A DNA stretch of 64,000 nucleotides from an uncultured Planctomycetales bacterium (GTDB lineage: Bacteria > Omnitrophota > Gorgyraeia > Gygaellales > Profunditerraquicolaceae): contig CAZRVK010000007.1 in NCBI GenBank assembly GCA_964603585.1, positions 45,128 through 109,127 on the forward strand, in the 5' to 3' direction. Position numbers and translations under genes: made by a program. The notes under the pieces were generated by a model, which made no database searches, had not been told where the DNA came from, and worked only from the letters and a program-made list of their open reading frames with translations. Positions 1 through 10,776 of the stretch are shown here, one piece after another (position 1 is the stretch's first letter; every line of letters starts with the position of its first letter).

Positions 1-53
1 GCCGGCCGACCCCAGGGAGTTTAGTTAACCTTTCGATCAATTTTTCTATGGAT

Positions 54-1742
54 TCAGTATAAGTCGACATTATCATCCCTGCTGATCAGGCGGCCATTAA
101 AAGTATCAATAGCGGATCTAACTACTTTTGATTCCGGGCTATGCGGCCTGGACTTTGCGGCACTAAAAATGAAATTTACCCTTAAAGGAACATTCAATAC
201 GTCTAAAAAAACTTTCTCAATTACTTCCCGGTTATCTTTCTTTTCCAAAGACTCCTTATGCAAAGAACAATCTTTAGGAAAAGATACCGTTAAAACACCG
301 TCCTCAAACCTCAAAGGGGATCCTTCATTCAAATAATTGGCTACAGAGATCTTGATCCCGCATAAAATCTCAATAATCCTCTTCCAGGATTCATTTATCT
401 GATCTAAAGTCATATGAACAACCGGCTCCGCAAGCGAAACCTGCCCCCCGGCATTCTTCACCGAAGATTGCGAAAGATTCTCCGTTTGGCCAGTGCCATG
501 GGAAGGCTTATTTTGAATATTTATTTTATCGGGATTAATAGGCGGAGGCATCGTGGGAGTGTTAATCCCGGACGGCTTATCCTTAACAGCACTTCCCTGA
601 TTCTTCACATCCGCCGAGCTATGCTTTAAAGTGACAGTCCCTGATGATGCAGCATTCTTAGGATGCGCTAATTTAACCAAACTGATCTCTAATGGGATAC
701 GCTGTGAATCCAGGCGTTTCGCCATCTCTTGAGTATTGACTAAAACGTTAAACGCCAAGAACAGATCTTCCATTGAGAAAGACTTCGACTGAACAAACAG
801 CTGGTCACAGATTTCCTTAGGCAGATCAATCAACCCGGAATCCGCCCCGGCAACCTTTGAAACCATAAGGTTACGAAAATGTTCGATCAGGTTATTCAAG
901 AATACCGCAGGGTCTTTACCTTCATCGATAATATTGTTTAAAAGATCCAAAACCCCGGCCGGATCATTATGGATGATCTTATCTACTATACCAAAAATCC
1001 TATCCTGCTCTACCAGGCCCAAGACAGAGATCACATCCTTTAACCTGACTTTTTGTTGTGAAAAAGAGATCAACTGATCAAGGATAGATTCTGCATCTCT
1101 TAACGAACCATCACTGGCGCGGGCAATTGCAAAGAGCACTTCTTTATCTACATCGATATTCTCGGTTTCTACGATAGACTCCAGTTGCCGGCTAATCTCT
1201 AAGGCAGAGATCCTGCGAAAGTCAAACCGCTGACAGCGGGAAAGAACCGTAGGAATGATCTCATCAGGATGAGTTGTAGCAAAAATGAATTTAACATACG
1301 GCGGCGGTTCTTCTAAGGTCTTAAGAAGAGCATTGAATGCCGCATTGGAAAGCATATGCACTTCATCGATAATATAGACCTTAAACCTTCCTGCAGAAGG
1401 GGCAAACTTAGCGCCTTCCCGCAAATCCCGGATATTTTCGACACCATTATTAGAAGCGCCATCGATCTCAATGACATCAAAAGAACGGCCGGCCGCGATC
1501 TCAAGACAAGAATTACATTTACCGCAGGGATTTGCAGTAGGTCCGTTTTGGCAATTAAGGGCTTTAGCTAAAATCCGGGCAGTAGAAGTCTTTCCAATAC
1601 CTCGAGGCCCTGCAAACAAATAGGCATGCGCAAGGCGGTTTTTCTCTAAAGCGCTTTTGAGTGTATTAACAATATGGCCCTGGCCAACAACCTCATCAAA
1701 GGTCTTCGGCCGCCATTTTAAGGCAAAAACGGTATATGACAT
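54..1742 (-). CDS. dnaX: DNA polymerase III subunit gamma/tau
   Basis: 562 aa; AAA+ clamp-loader N-terminus (GPRGIGKTS Walker A, 4-Cys zinc module CxxC..CxxC), tau-like C-terminal extension. Confidence 0.9.
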   Translation of the reverse strand: MSYTVFALKWRPKTFDEVVGQGHIVNTLKSALEKNRLAHAYLFAGPRGIGKTSTARILAKALNCQNGPTANPCGKCNSCLEIAAGRSFDVIEIDGASNNGVENIRDLREGAKFAPSAGRFKVYIIDEVHMLSNAAFNALLKTLEEPPPYVKFIFATTHPDEIIPTVLSRCQRFDFRRISALEISRQLESIVETENIDVDKEVLFAIARASDGSLRDAESILDQLISFSQQKVRLKDVISVLGLVEQDRIFGIVDKIIHNDPAGVLDLLNNIIDEGKDPAVFLNNLIEHFRNLMVSKVAGADSGLIDLPKEICDQLFVQSKSFSMEDLFLAFNVLVNTQEMAKRLDSQRIPLEISLVKLAHPKNAASSGTVTLKHSSADVKNQGSAVKDKPSGINTPTMPPPINPDKINIQNKPSHGTGQTENLSQSSVKNAGGQVSLAEPVVHMTLDQINESWKRIIEILCGIKISVANYLNEGSPLRFEDGVLTVSFPKDCSLHKESLEKKDNREVIEKVFLDVLNVPLRVNFIFSAAKSRPHSPESKVVRSAIDTFNGRLISRDDNVDLY

Positions 1743-1837
1743 TCCAAATGATGTTTTTTAAATAAAGATGTTTATTTGACAAACTAATTTTACCACAAAT
1801 CACGCCGTGCGTCCAGGAGTAAAGGGTTTTTAAAAAC

Positions 1838-2899
1838 CTAAGGGAAAAAAACCTGCAGATAATTATAGACAATCTCGGCTTTTACGGCATTGCCGGCACC
1901 GTTTAAGTGGCATTCATCATAAAAAAGATCTTTATAGCGATCCTTGAATATCTCGCGCATATCCAAGATAATGACATTTTTATTGTCCCCGTATTTTTGT
2001 GATAAGGCGAAGGCAAATAATGCCTGCTGGGCTTGGTGGCATTCAGAAAGGATAAAACCTACCTGCGGATCACGCATACTGCTGGTAAAAGGCGGAGAAA
2101 AATGCAGAGGCCTGATATGCGGCTCAAGTATCACAATAACCTTGATCCCGTTTTGCAGGCAATAATCTATAGTATCGATCTCCTTTTTCAGCATTATTTT
2201 CAGCCTTTTATTGTTTTCAGCTAAGATCTGCTCTTTCGTGCCTTCATGTAACGGGTATTTCTTATAATCGTAACCTAAAAACACATCATTGCGTACGGGT
2301 AAAATACGCGTCAGCACAAACCTTCTTGTAGCACGAAAATTGAACCTGATAAAAGAAGAACAATAACGCAATACCGGGTTAGGGATATACGGATTAAAAG
2401 TGTTCAAATAATCAGGGGTTATATATGAATACCGGTCATCGCCTAATTTGCTAATCACAATAGGCAAGTCATTATATCCGTCGTGTATCACGACACACTG
2501 CGGATCGTACCTTGGAATAATATGTTTAACGAAGAAATTTGTGGTAACCGATCCCACCCCGGAAACCCCAAAGTTATAAACTGTCCCCGGCTTATGCTTG
2601 TCTTCATATATCGATTGAATTAAGTTAGGATAGCTGAAAGGAATAGGCATATTACAGCCATTCGTGGTCGAGCCACCGACACAAAACACCCGGGGTGCAG
2701 AATCCCGTTTATCAGGAAGAAGGCTGCGGCTGAATATAGCAAAATGGTTGAGGTAATCGGGATTTACAGAGAAAAGGAAATTTTTCTCCATGCGATAGTG
2801 AAACCGAAGCCAAACCTCGAAAGAGACAATAAGTACCGCAACAACAAAAATCCCCAAAACCAGGGCAGCTAAATTATAAAGGATATTCTTGGTTTTCAA
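1838..2899 (-). CDS. membrane-anchored SGNH/GDSL-family hydrolase
   Basis: N-terminal TM helix; SGNH blocks CVGGSTT (GxSxT), DGYNDL (GxND), DECH (DxxH). Confidence 0.5.
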   Translation of the reverse strand: MKTKNILYNLAALVLGIFVVAVLIVSFEVWLRFHYRMEKNFLFSVNPDYLNHFAIFSRSLLPDKRDSAPRVFCVGGSTTNGCNMPIPFSYPNLIQSIYEDKHKPGTVYNFGVSGVGSVTTNFFVKHIIPRYDPQCVVIHDGYNDLPIVISKLGDDRYSYITPDYLNTFNPYIPNPVLRYCSSFIRFNFRATRRFVLTRILPVRNDVFLGYDYKKYPLHEGTKEQILAENNKRLKIMLKKEIDTIDYCLQNGIKVIVILEPHIRPLHFSPPFTSSMRDPQVGFILSECHQAQQALFAFALSQKYGDNKNVIILDMREIFKDRYKDLFYDECHLNGAGNAVKAEIVYNYLQVFFP

Positions 2900-2987
2900 C
2901 GCCTTATCTCTTTATCGATAAACAGATATATTAACATTTGTATTCTTTATAACAGAAATAGAAAGGAAAAGCAATACAATTACGCCT

Positions 2988-4412
2988 CTACAAGTCTCTG
3001 ATTTCATGAAAAGTTTCATCCGCCAGGACCACCGGTTCCAAATGCACCACTTTGATCTTTTTCCATTTGCCGCTATTATACCGTGCAAATACCACCCAGG
3101 AGAACATAAAGAATAAGCCTACCATAGCCGTCCATCCTGATTCGGGAGATGTTTTGAACCCTCTAAGCATTATCCAAATGACCCCCACTGTCAGCCAATG
3201 AATGGAAACCGACATAATCATCGCCCAAAAAGTATCCCCTGCCCCGCGAAGCGCGCCGATAAAAACGATCACCATCGCCTCCACCAATACATATATCGAC
3301 GCAAACCTCACCATAAAAACCGCTATCGGCACAGCGGATAAAAAGATATCGCCGCTGACTTCAGGACGAAATATCTGCACTAAATGTTCCGCAAAACCAA
3401 AAAACAATATCAATATTACCGCAGAATACGCAAATCCTACTTTAAGCCCGGAAAGCACCGAACGATGTGCAATCCCCGGCTGACCTGCTCCCATACACCG
3501 GCCGACAAGGCTGGTCACTGCGATCTCAACCCCGATCAAAGGGACAAAAGAAACCATATCCCAATTCAATACAATAGTAGCGGCTGTAGCCGTAGCCGGG
3601 CTGTGCGAATGAAAAATAAGGACCATTACATTAAACGCCAGTAAATTCAAGAACATCTCGAGACCTACAGAAGAACCAAAACGCAGGAGTTTTGCAGAAA
3701 CTACACGGTCAAAACGCAAGGATTCTTTAATATGGAACTCCTGGCGTATATTCTTTCTCAAATATGCCGCCGCTAAAATAAGCAATCCGCTTGCACCACC
3801 CAGTATAGTACCATAAGCCGCACCCGCTATTCCTAAAGCCGGAACGCCTAATTTGCCGTAAATAAATACGTAGTTTGCCCCAACATTAACTACCATGGCA
3901 ATACAAGTTGCCATCATTACTATATTCGTCCGGCCGATACCGGAAAAAAACGAGCTTAGGCAATTGCGCAAAAGGCTTATTATTACTCCGAATAAAAGAA
4001 TATTGAAATATGTTTTCTGCGGCATAAGCTGTTCAGGAGCAATCCCCATAGATTCAAATAAACGGTACCCTAAAGGGGCACATAATATGATCAACGGATA
4101 AGCCAAAAAAGAGAATACTACCGCCTGTGACAATACAAGCGAGCATTGACTTTTCTTTTTGGCCCCTAAATACTGCGCGGCCAAAGCAGTCGTATATCCG
4201 GTAAGCCCAAGAAAAAACGACATCATCATAAAAACAGTAAGCCCTCCTGCCATAGCTGCATTCATTAATTCCGGGCTTAATCGGGCTAAGAACAAGCGGT
4301 CAGTAAAAACCATAGCCGTATCACAAGCGCTTGAAATCACCATCGGCAGGGCAATAGCCAGCATTTCTCGTATTCCGCCTTGGACGGGTTTTCTTTTATC
4401 AATGTTTTTCAT
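2988..4412 (-). CDS. MATE family multidrug/oligosaccharide exporter
   Basis: 474 aa, ~12 TM segments, MATE-like N-terminus (REMLAIALPMV...). Confidence 0.75.
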   Translation of the reverse strand: MKNIDKRKPVQGGIREMLAIALPMVISSACDTAMVFTDRLFLARLSPELMNAAMAGGLTVFMMMSFFLGLTGYTTALAAQYLGAKKKSQCSLVLSQAVVFSFLAYPLIILCAPLGYRLFESMGIAPEQLMPQKTYFNILLFGVIISLLRNCLSSFFSGIGRTNIVMMATCIAMVVNVGANYVFIYGKLGVPALGIAGAAYGTILGGASGLLILAAAYLRKNIRQEFHIKESLRFDRVVSAKLLRFGSSVGLEMFLNLLAFNVMVLIFHSHSPATATAATIVLNWDMVSFVPLIGVEIAVTSLVGRCMGAGQPGIAHRSVLSGLKVGFAYSAVILILFFGFAEHLVQIFRPEVSGDIFLSAVPIAVFMVRFASIYVLVEAMVIVFIGALRGAGDTFWAMIMSVSIHWLTVGVIWIMLRGFKTSPESGWTAMVGLFFMFSWVVFARYNSGKWKKIKVVHLEPVVLADETFHEIRDL

Positions 4413-4556
4413 AGTTTTAAATAAAAAAAGGAAAGGTGCTTATCCCCTTTCCCATATCGGTATTATCCTTATCCTACCCCTGTATTTTCACCAGATCAGC
4501 TCCGGGGCATTAAAACCTTCCGATGACTGCTGATCATTCAGTATCGCAAGAAAAAA

Positions 4557-4645
4557 CGGAGAGGCTGGGATTTGAACCCAGGGACCCAGTTTCCCAGGTC
4601 AACTCATTAGCAGTGAGTTGCTTTCGACCACTCAGCCACCTCTCC
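4557..4645 (-). tRNA. tRNA-Ser (anticodon GCU), class II long variable arm
   Basis: Cloverleaf folded by eye: acceptor GGAGAGG/CCTCTCC, anticodon loop CUGCUAA, long variable arm, T-loop TTCAAAT; no encoded CCA. Confidence 0.85.
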
Positions 4646-4678
4646 AAGCCTGATATTCTTTATTCTACAACGACTAAC

Positions 4679-5143
4679 TTAGTTCCGTTCAGAACGTTTT
4701 TTCTTAAAGAATTCCTTTAAAAGAAGGCCGCAATCATCTTCTAAAACACCATGCCTTACCTTAATTCTATGATTTAGCTTCTTGTGGTTAGCTATATTTA
4801 TTACAGAACCACACGCGCCGGTTTTTGGGTCTTTAGCGCCAAAACATACCTGTTTTATACGTGCCAAAACTAACGCACCAGCACACATACTGCAAGGCTC
4901 AATTGTAACATAGAGAGTTGCCTGATCCAACCACTTTGTATCCAAATAATTGGTTGCAGAAGTGAGTGCCAACATTTCAGCATGGGCACTAGGATCTTTA
5001 AGGCGCTCTACTTGATTATGCCCACGAGCAATAATCTTACCTTCATGAACAATAACTGCGCCAACCGGCACTTCATCTTCGGCAAATGCCAGTTCTGCCT
5101 CTCTAAGCGCCTGGCGCATATAGATCTCATCTATCTTTTGCAT
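4679..5143 (-). CDS. tadA: tRNA-specific adenosine deaminase
   Basis: 154 aa; HAE...PCxMC deaminase zinc motifs (HAEMLAL, PCSMCAGAL). Confidence 0.85.
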   Translation of the reverse strand: MQKIDEIYMRQALREAELAFAEDEVPVGAVIVHEGKIIARGHNQVERLKDPSAHAEMLALTSATNYLDTKWLDQATLYVTIEPCSMCAGALVLARIKQVCFGAKDPKTGACGSVINIANHKKLNHRIKVRHGVLEDDCGLLLKEFFKKKRSERN

Positions 5144-5173
5144 AAAGCATCTTGGCTCTTAGTTCTGAACTTA

Positions 5174-5247
5174 TGCGCCTGGCAGGGGTCGAACCTGCAA
5201 CAACCAGCTCCGTAGGCTGATGCTCTATCCAGTTGAGCTACAGGCGC
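5174..5247 (-). tRNA. tRNA-Arg (anticodon ACG)
   Basis: 74 nt cloverleaf: acceptor GCGCCTG/CAGGCGC, D-loop AACTGGATA, anticodon loop CTACGGA, T-loop TTCGACC. Confidence 0.85.
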
Positions 5248-5409
5248 AAATATTTATCTTGTTTTTGGCAGAATCCTGCCAGACAAACTGCGGCTTTATG
5301 CCACAGGGACAAAGCTCATTCTCTTAAAGCAAATAATTATACCTAATTTTCTAAATTAAGTAAAGCAAGTTTATATAAAGTTTGCGGAATAATCCTCATC
5401 CAATATCCT

Positions 5410-5550
5410 TGCAAGTTAAATCCCGCATGTTATACTTTAATTGGAAGGTGGGGAAAAGAAGGTGATGTCAATAAACCATTCTTCCATGGCAAGAGCAAGG
5501 TAAGTGTTCGGGAATTGGGAAACCTCGCCTCTTGCTTCTTTTTTTATTAT
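5410..5550 (+). promoter_or_regulatory. candidate small transcription unit: TTGCAA-16-TATACT promoter, ~100 nt transcript (12-codon ORF MSINHSSMARAR with strong RBS), stem plus T-run
   Basis: Promoter-like hexamers 5410-5437; 7 bp stem gcaagag/ctcttgc followed by ttcttttttt at ~5497-5545; no long ORF. Confidence 0.25.
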
Positions 5551-5562
5551 AACTATCGCGGA

Positions 5563-5856
5563 TCAGAATGAATTCACCAGAGAAAAAGCAAGTTTTAAAT
5601 TAAGCAGGGAGAATATAATAAGCAGGGCACCGATGAAACGGTGATGTTCCATCGCCCAAAGGTCGAATTTATTGATCTTCTGCTCGACTATCGGGACAAG
5701 AATAGAATCGGTCATAATGCTTAAATTGACCAACTCATCTATTTTTCTATACGTCTCTATGGAAAATGTGAATATTATACTAATAATACATGCCCCGCTG
5801 TAAATTATAAAGATCACAACACTGACAATCAACCCCAGCAAATCGGCAATATCCAT
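5563..5856 (-). CDS. hypothetical small membrane protein
   Basis: 97 aa, 2-3 predicted TM helices, no recognisable motif. Confidence 0.3.
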   Translation of the reverse strand: MDIADLLGLIVSVVIFIIYSGACIISIIFTFSIETYRKIDELVNLSIMTDSILVPIVEQKINKFDLWAMEHHRFIGALLIIFSLLNLKLAFSLVNSF

Positions 5857-5974
5857 CCATCCTCCACAAATCTGTCTGATAAGCTGTTCTTGCCCCGGAT
5901 CAGGCAGGTCTTAGTATAATCAATCTTATCATAAATCATAATATATTCCAAGCATAATTACTGTTTATACCACA

Positions 5975-6880
5975 CTAAAGATCATTATAGTAATTATAAA
6001 CCAAAAGTGCAATATCCGCGATAAATTTCTTAGACAAATATGCAAACTTATTATTATGTCTGGTAAGCACAGAGATCACGAAATCGCCGTTTTTTGTAAA
6101 TACAATCCCTACATCGTGGCAAATCCCGTATTCCAGGCCAGTCTTATGCGCAACCACAGTACCTGCAGGGAGTTTCTTAGGGAGACGGTCTTTTACCTTC
6201 TGGCGCTTTAAAATCTCGATGCATTTCTGCGAAACAAAACCATTAACAAACCGATGGTGATAGATATTCTCCAAAAGATATGCCATATCCTGGGCAGTCG
6301 TATAGTTTTCAACGCCTTTTTTCCTTTGGCTGAAATCCATCATCTTCCGGGAAAGATTGGTATTTTTAAGACCAAGCCTTGAGAAATCACTATTTAGAGC
6401 ATCAAAACCAAGCAAATCGATCAGGATATTCGCAGCCGTATTATCACTTTCCGTGATCATGAGGCTCATTAATTCATTAAGGGAGAATATTGTTCCTGCG
6501 GCGGTGTTCTTTAAGATCCCGGAACCTCCAGACTTCGCCCGGCGATTAAGCTTTATTTCATCCTTGAGGTTTACCTTGCCTTCGGAAGCCCTCAAGAAAT
6601 ATGCCATCATGATCGGGATTTTTACCAGACTTGCGGAAGGCGTCAGTATATCTTTATTAAAATCGATCTGCCAATCATTATGCATATCTTTGATCACAAC
6701 CGCCGCCACACCTCTAAAACCTTTTATTTCATTTCTAATATCCCTCTCTAAAGCCAACCAGGCAGCTTTTTTACGCTCCAGTGCTAATTTTTCCTGATGC
6801 TGCCTATAAGCAAAGTAAAAATACCCTCCACCTATCACTAAACAAACAATGATGCATAATAAAACCCATTTTCTTTTCAT
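5975..6880 (-). CDS. class A beta-lactamase-like serine hydrolase (membrane anchored)
   Basis: SxxK (SASLVK), SDN (ESDNTAAN), KTG (HKTGLEYG) motifs in canonical order; N-terminal TM anchor. Confidence 0.65.
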   Translation of the reverse strand: MKRKWVLLCIIVCLVIGGGYFYFAYRQHQEKLALERKKAAWLALERDIRNEIKGFRGVAAVVIKDMHNDWQIDFNKDILTPSASLVKIPIMMAYFLRASEGKVNLKDEIKLNRRAKSGGSGILKNTAAGTIFSLNELMSLMITESDNTAANILIDLLGFDALNSDFSRLGLKNTNLSRKMMDFSQRKKGVENYTTAQDMAYLLENIYHHRFVNGFVSQKCIEILKRQKVKDRLPKKLPAGTVVAHKTGLEYGICHDVGIVFTKNGDFVISVLTRHNNKFAYLSKKFIADIALLVYNYYNDL

Positions 6881-6912
6881 CTATTGTTCCTAAAATCTGA
6901 AATGAGAAGTTG

Positions 6913-7608
6913 TTATTTCTTATATGGATACCGGTTTAATATCTTAAGCAGACCATCTGCGGATTTAGGCATCATAACCTTATTATCGATTAATATCTCC
7001 TGTGCCGAAACATCCTCATCATAAAGCATCCTGTTCCCATCGTGATGCTGGGTAATTACCGCTCCTTCCAGCTTTACCCCGGCAAATAACCCCCTGCTTC
7101 TTGAATATGACAAGATCCCGCTCTTTAGCTGAACATCAGTAGAAGCCTCTGCGGCCCTGCCAACCGGCCCGGCCGCAACTGAAGCATCTGCTCCCAATTT
7201 GAATTTTCCCTGCAACAGCCCATCCACTCCCCTCGGGCTCATGATCAATAAAACAAAATCCGTAGCCTGGCCTCCGATCTGCCAGCCTATACTGCCTCCG
7301 ACCAGGCTAAAAATAGCAGGAGCTGACCAACTGCGGCGGGCATTATTACGCACCATGATTATTCCCTGTCCATATTTACCGCCGATACCCAGCCCCGCGG
7401 AGATCGTAGAGGGGAATATCGCAATTGCCGAACAACTGCGTAAAAGGTTTTCAGGGATATTCTGTTCGGGGATTTGCTGTATCTCCGAAAGCACCTTCGC
7501 GGATTCAATAACCAGGCGGGACCATTTATTTTCCCCGGCTTGGGCCGAAACTAAAATACTAAAGAAGAAAAGTCCTGTTAAGAATATCAGGAATAATCTT
7601 TTTCCCAT
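6913..7608 (-). CDS. secreted Ysc84/DUF500 (SYLF) lipid-binding domain protein
   Basis: Signal peptide; Gly-rich GLGIGGKYGQG...GGSIGWQIGG...GADASVAAGP pattern typical of the SYLF/DUF500 domain. Confidence 0.55.
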   Translation of the reverse strand: MGKRLFLIFLTGLFFFSILVSAQAGENKWSRLVIESAKVLSEIQQIPEQNIPENLLRSCSAIAIFPSTISAGLGIGGKYGQGIIMVRNNARRSWSAPAIFSLVGGSIGWQIGGQATDFVLLIMSPRGVDGLLQGKFKLGADASVAAGPVGRAAEASTDVQLKSGILSYSRSRGLFAGVKLEGAVITQHHDGNRMLYDEDVSAQEILIDNKVMMPKSADGLLKILNRYPYKK

Positions 7609-7741
7609 ATCACCCTCCTTTGATCTTACAAAAAAACCGCTTTTAGAATATTATCCAAAAACCCTAAGGCAAGAAAAACTTTTCTTTATATTAATGCAGG
7701 AATACCGCTTTATCAAGCTATTATTGAATAAAATATACCAC

Positions 7742-9718
7742 CTATTCGTACCTCAAGGCTTCGATAGGATTAAGTTGAGCAGCTTGCCTGGCTGGCCAAA
7801 GGCCAAAAACCACTCCCACAACCAAAGAAAATACCGTTGCCAGCACCATCGAAGACAAAGAAACCCTTACTGACCAGCCGGAAAATACCGTTATCAATAC
7901 AGCCGCGCCGCTGCCAAGGATAATACCTGCCAGGCCTCCGATAAACGACATCAATACCGCTTCAATGAGAAACTGGGTAAGAATATCCCGGTTATTGGCA
8001 CCTATTGCCTTACGTAAACCGATCTCACGGGTACGTTCGGTTACCGAAACAAGCATGATATTCATTATCCCGATACCGCCGACTAAAAGAGAGATTGCGG
8101 CGATCGCTCCGAGTAAGACTGACATTGTCTTAGTCGTAGACTCAAGGGTCTTTTTAATATCGGACATATTCCGGATCTGGAATGAATCCTTCTGGTCAGC
8201 GGTAATTAGACGATGCTGTTTTATAATAAGATCACTGATCTCTGTTTCAGCGAGGCCGATCGTATCCGCACTTTTTGCTTCTACATAAATAGAATCAACA
8301 TATTGCTTGCCAAGCACTCTATACATCGCAGTAGTTATGGGAATAATCACCGTATCATCCTGATCCTGCGGGCCGGTAGAACCTTTTTCAGGCAAGATAC
8401 CAATAATCTTAAAATTAAGTAGGTTTATTTTGATGGTTTTACCGATGGGGTTGGATTCACCAAAAAGTTCCTTCACCACAGTAGTCCCGAGTAAAGCCAC
8501 CTTGTTCCTCATCCTGACTTCTTCTTCGTTAAAGAACCTGCCGATTATGGGGGTAGCCGATCGTAACGACTCATAACTTACACTGACTCCTTCAACCTGT
8601 GTATTCCAGTTATTATCTTCATAAACTATCTGCACCCTACTCCTTACTGAAGGACTGGCATCTTTTACACAATCAGTAAGTTTTTTTATCTCTTCAACAT
8701 CCTGAAGGGTAAAACGCGTTGTTGTCCCGGATTGCAGAGATACACCCATCGACCGCTGCGCGCCAGGCCGGATAATAAGAAGATTCGACCCTAATGAAGC
8801 CAATTGTTTTTCAATGGATTCTTTCGCCCCCTGGCCAATAGCAAGCATTGCAATCACCGCAGCAACCCCGATAAGTATCCCTAAGATCGATAGAAAAGCG
8901 CGCATCTTATGTGACAACATCGCAGAAACGGCCTGCCGGAGATAATCCAGGAACTCCATGCCTCCTTTAACTACACTATCAGACTTTGACAGAACATTCT
9001 TTACTAGGTCTTCCTGAAAGCTGACTTTAGGTATTTTGGCCTCACCTGCAGAAACGACCCGATCGCTAATTATCTGGCCGTCGCGCATAGTAATGATCCG
9101 CCTGGCATGAACCGCGATCTCATTTTCATGAGTAACAATAACGATAGTTTTACCTTTTTTGTTCAGCTCCTTCAATATATTAATGATCTCTTCTTTGCTT
9201 TTAGAATCAAGATTGCCTGTCGGCTCGTCGGCAAAAATAATCAAAGGATCATTGACCAGGCTTCTGGCGATCGCCACCCGCTGCTGCTGGCCACCAGACA
9301 TCTCATTGGGCCGATGGAACATCCTTTCTTTCAGGCCAACTCCTTCGATCTCTTTCTTGGCCATTTCTGTTAAATGCCGTTTACCGGCATAAATTAAAGG
9401 GAGTTCCGCATTCTCTAAAGCTGTCATTCGCGGCAATAAATGAAACTGCTGAAAAACAAATCCCACCAGCTGATTCCTTACCAGTGCCAGGTTTTTATCC
9501 GTAAGCCTTGTTACGTTCTCACCGCCCAAGAAATACTCTCCCGAATCAGGACGGTCCAAAAGGCCCAACACATGCATGAGAGTAGACTTTCCCGAACCGG
9601 AAGCACCCATAATCGCCACAAACTCTCCCGAGGAGATCTTTAAGGATACGTTCCGCAGGGCCTCTACCACAACATCGCCCATCTGATAGGTTTTACATAA
9701 ATTCTTTGTTTCAATCAT
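7742..9718 (-). CDS. MacB-type ABC transporter, fused ATPase-FtsX permease
   Basis: N-terminal ABC ATPase (GASGSGKST Walker [14 protein letters not shown] signature), large periplasmic domain, C-terminal 4-TM FtsX-like permease. Confidence 0.85.
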   Translation of the reverse strand: MIETKNLCKTYQMGDVVVEALRNVSLKISSGEFVAIMGASGSGKSTLMHVLGLLDRPDSGEYFLGGENVTRLTDKNLALVRNQLVGFVFQQFHLLPRMTALENAELPLIYAGKRHLTEMAKKEIEGVGLKERMFHRPNEMSGGQQQRVAIARSLVNDPLIIFADEPTGNLDSKSKEEIINILKELNKKGKTIVIVTHENEIAVHARRIITMRDGQIISDRVVSAGEAKIPKVSFQEDLVKNVLSKSDSVVKGGMEFLDYLRQAVSAMLSHKMRAFLSILGILIGVAAVIAMLAIGQGAKESIEKQLASLGSNLLIIRPGAQRSMGVSLQSGTTTRFTLQDVEEIKKLTDCVKDASPSVRSRVQIVYEDNNWNTQVEGVSVSYESLRSATPIIGRFFNEEEVRMRNKVALLGTTVVKELFGESNPIGKTIKINLLNFKIIGILPEKGSTGPQDQDDTVIIPITTAMYRVLGKQYVDSIYVEAKSADTIGLAETEISDLIIKQHRLITADQKDSFQIRNMSDIKKTLESTTKTMSVLLGAIAAISLLVGGIGIMNIMLVSVTERTREIGLRKAIGANNRDILTQFLIEAVLMSFIGGLAGIILGSGAAVLITVFSGWSVRVSLSSMVLATVFSLVVGVVFGLWPARQAAQLNPIEALRYE

Positions 9719-9720
9719 CT

Positions 9721-10776
9721 TTAAGGAGGCCCACCCTGGTTTTTCTTCCTGCTGGGCATCTTAGGCAAGAATGGATTACTGCCAATAGTACCCTGGCTGC
9801 TGGGGAAAACATACTTTTTTGTCGTAACGATCAAAATATCATTGGCAGTCAGTCCGGCTAAAACTTCATAATTCTGGTCATCGGTAATGCCTAATTCCAC
9901 ATAACGCTGAACCGGGTCTTTTTCTCCTGATTGTTTGACCAAAACATAGCTCTTTGCGCCTTCCTTGCGCACCGCCTCAACCGGAACCAGCAAAACATCT
10001 TCTTTAGCATTAACTATAAAATCCACTGTCGCATTCATACCCGAACGAAAGAAATCCGGAGCGGTTCCCGGGACAAGGTCAACTTTATATATGGTCACAT
10101 TATTTACGGTCTCGGATTCATAATATATATGCTCAACTACCGCATTGATCTTTGCATCAGGATAAGCGTCCAGGCTGATAACGGCTTTTTGCTCAAGTTT
10201 GACTTTACCAATATCAGTTTCATCTACCTGCGCACGGACAATCAGCTGATCGGAGAGCACAATCACCGCATCCGAAGTAGCAACTGTCTGCCCGGGCTGG
10301 GTGGTCGCCACAATAACATCACCATCGATTGGGGATAATAAAGGTATCGGCTTATAAACCTCTTGCCAATATTTTAATTTTTCATCACTCTGCCCGCGGG
10401 CCGCGTCTAAAAGCGCCGCCCTTTCAGTTGAGCTCATCCATGCCAAAACCTGCCCGGCCAAAACACACTCCCCTTCTTTAACCAGGATACTCTCCACCCG
10501 GCCGCTAACCGGGGGCTTTATTTCAAGGCGGTTTTTTGGATAAACTGTGCCGGTAGTTGAAATAAATACCTGGATAGGACCTACTACCGGGTTGATCTCA
10601 TTGGCAACTTCAGAAGGATTTTGGTTTTTCTTTATTTTCAGGACACCAAAAGAAACTATCGCCGCTACAATTAAAATCATAATAAATATAATCTTTGGTT
10701 TTTTAGTCATATTCCAATGTTTCTCCTTTCGCCTGGATCCAATTTGCTTCCGCCAGCAACGCACTGGCTTGGGCAT
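9721..10776 (-). CDS. HlyD/MacA-family periplasmic adaptor (membrane fusion protein)
   Basis: N-terminal TM anchor, coiled-coil/lipoyl/beta-barrel pattern; operon with MacB-like and TolC-like genes; true start probably MTKKPKII at ~10710. Confidence 0.7.
   Translation of the reverse strand: MPKPVRCWRKQIGSRRKEKHWNMTKKPKIIFIMILIVAAIVSFGVLKIKKNQNPSEVANEINPVVGPIQVFISTTGTVYPKNRLEIKPPVSGRVESILVKEGECVLAGQVLAWMSSTERAALLDAARGQSDEKLKYWQEVYKPIPLLSPIDGDVIVATTQPGQTVATSDAVIVLSDQLIVRAQVDETDIGKVKLEQKAVISLDAYPDAKINAVVEHIYYESETVNNVTIYKVDLVPGTAPDFFRSGMNATVDFIVNAKEDVLLVPVEAVRKEGAKSYVLVKQSGEKDPVQRYVELGITDDQNYEVLAGLTANDILIVTTKKYVFPSSQGTIGSNPFLPKMPSRKKNQGGPP

Noticed and set aside
414-1571. Plus-strand ORFs (71 aa and 71 aa) and a minus-strand 63 aa ORF (1313-1504) in another frame, all inside dnaX
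   Set aside because: Fully embedded in a well-supported 562 aa dnaX reading frame; no motifs, typical antisense/alternate-frame artefacts. The same reasoning applies to the many 60-150 aa ORFs nested in MATE, MacB, HK, TMP and other long genes.
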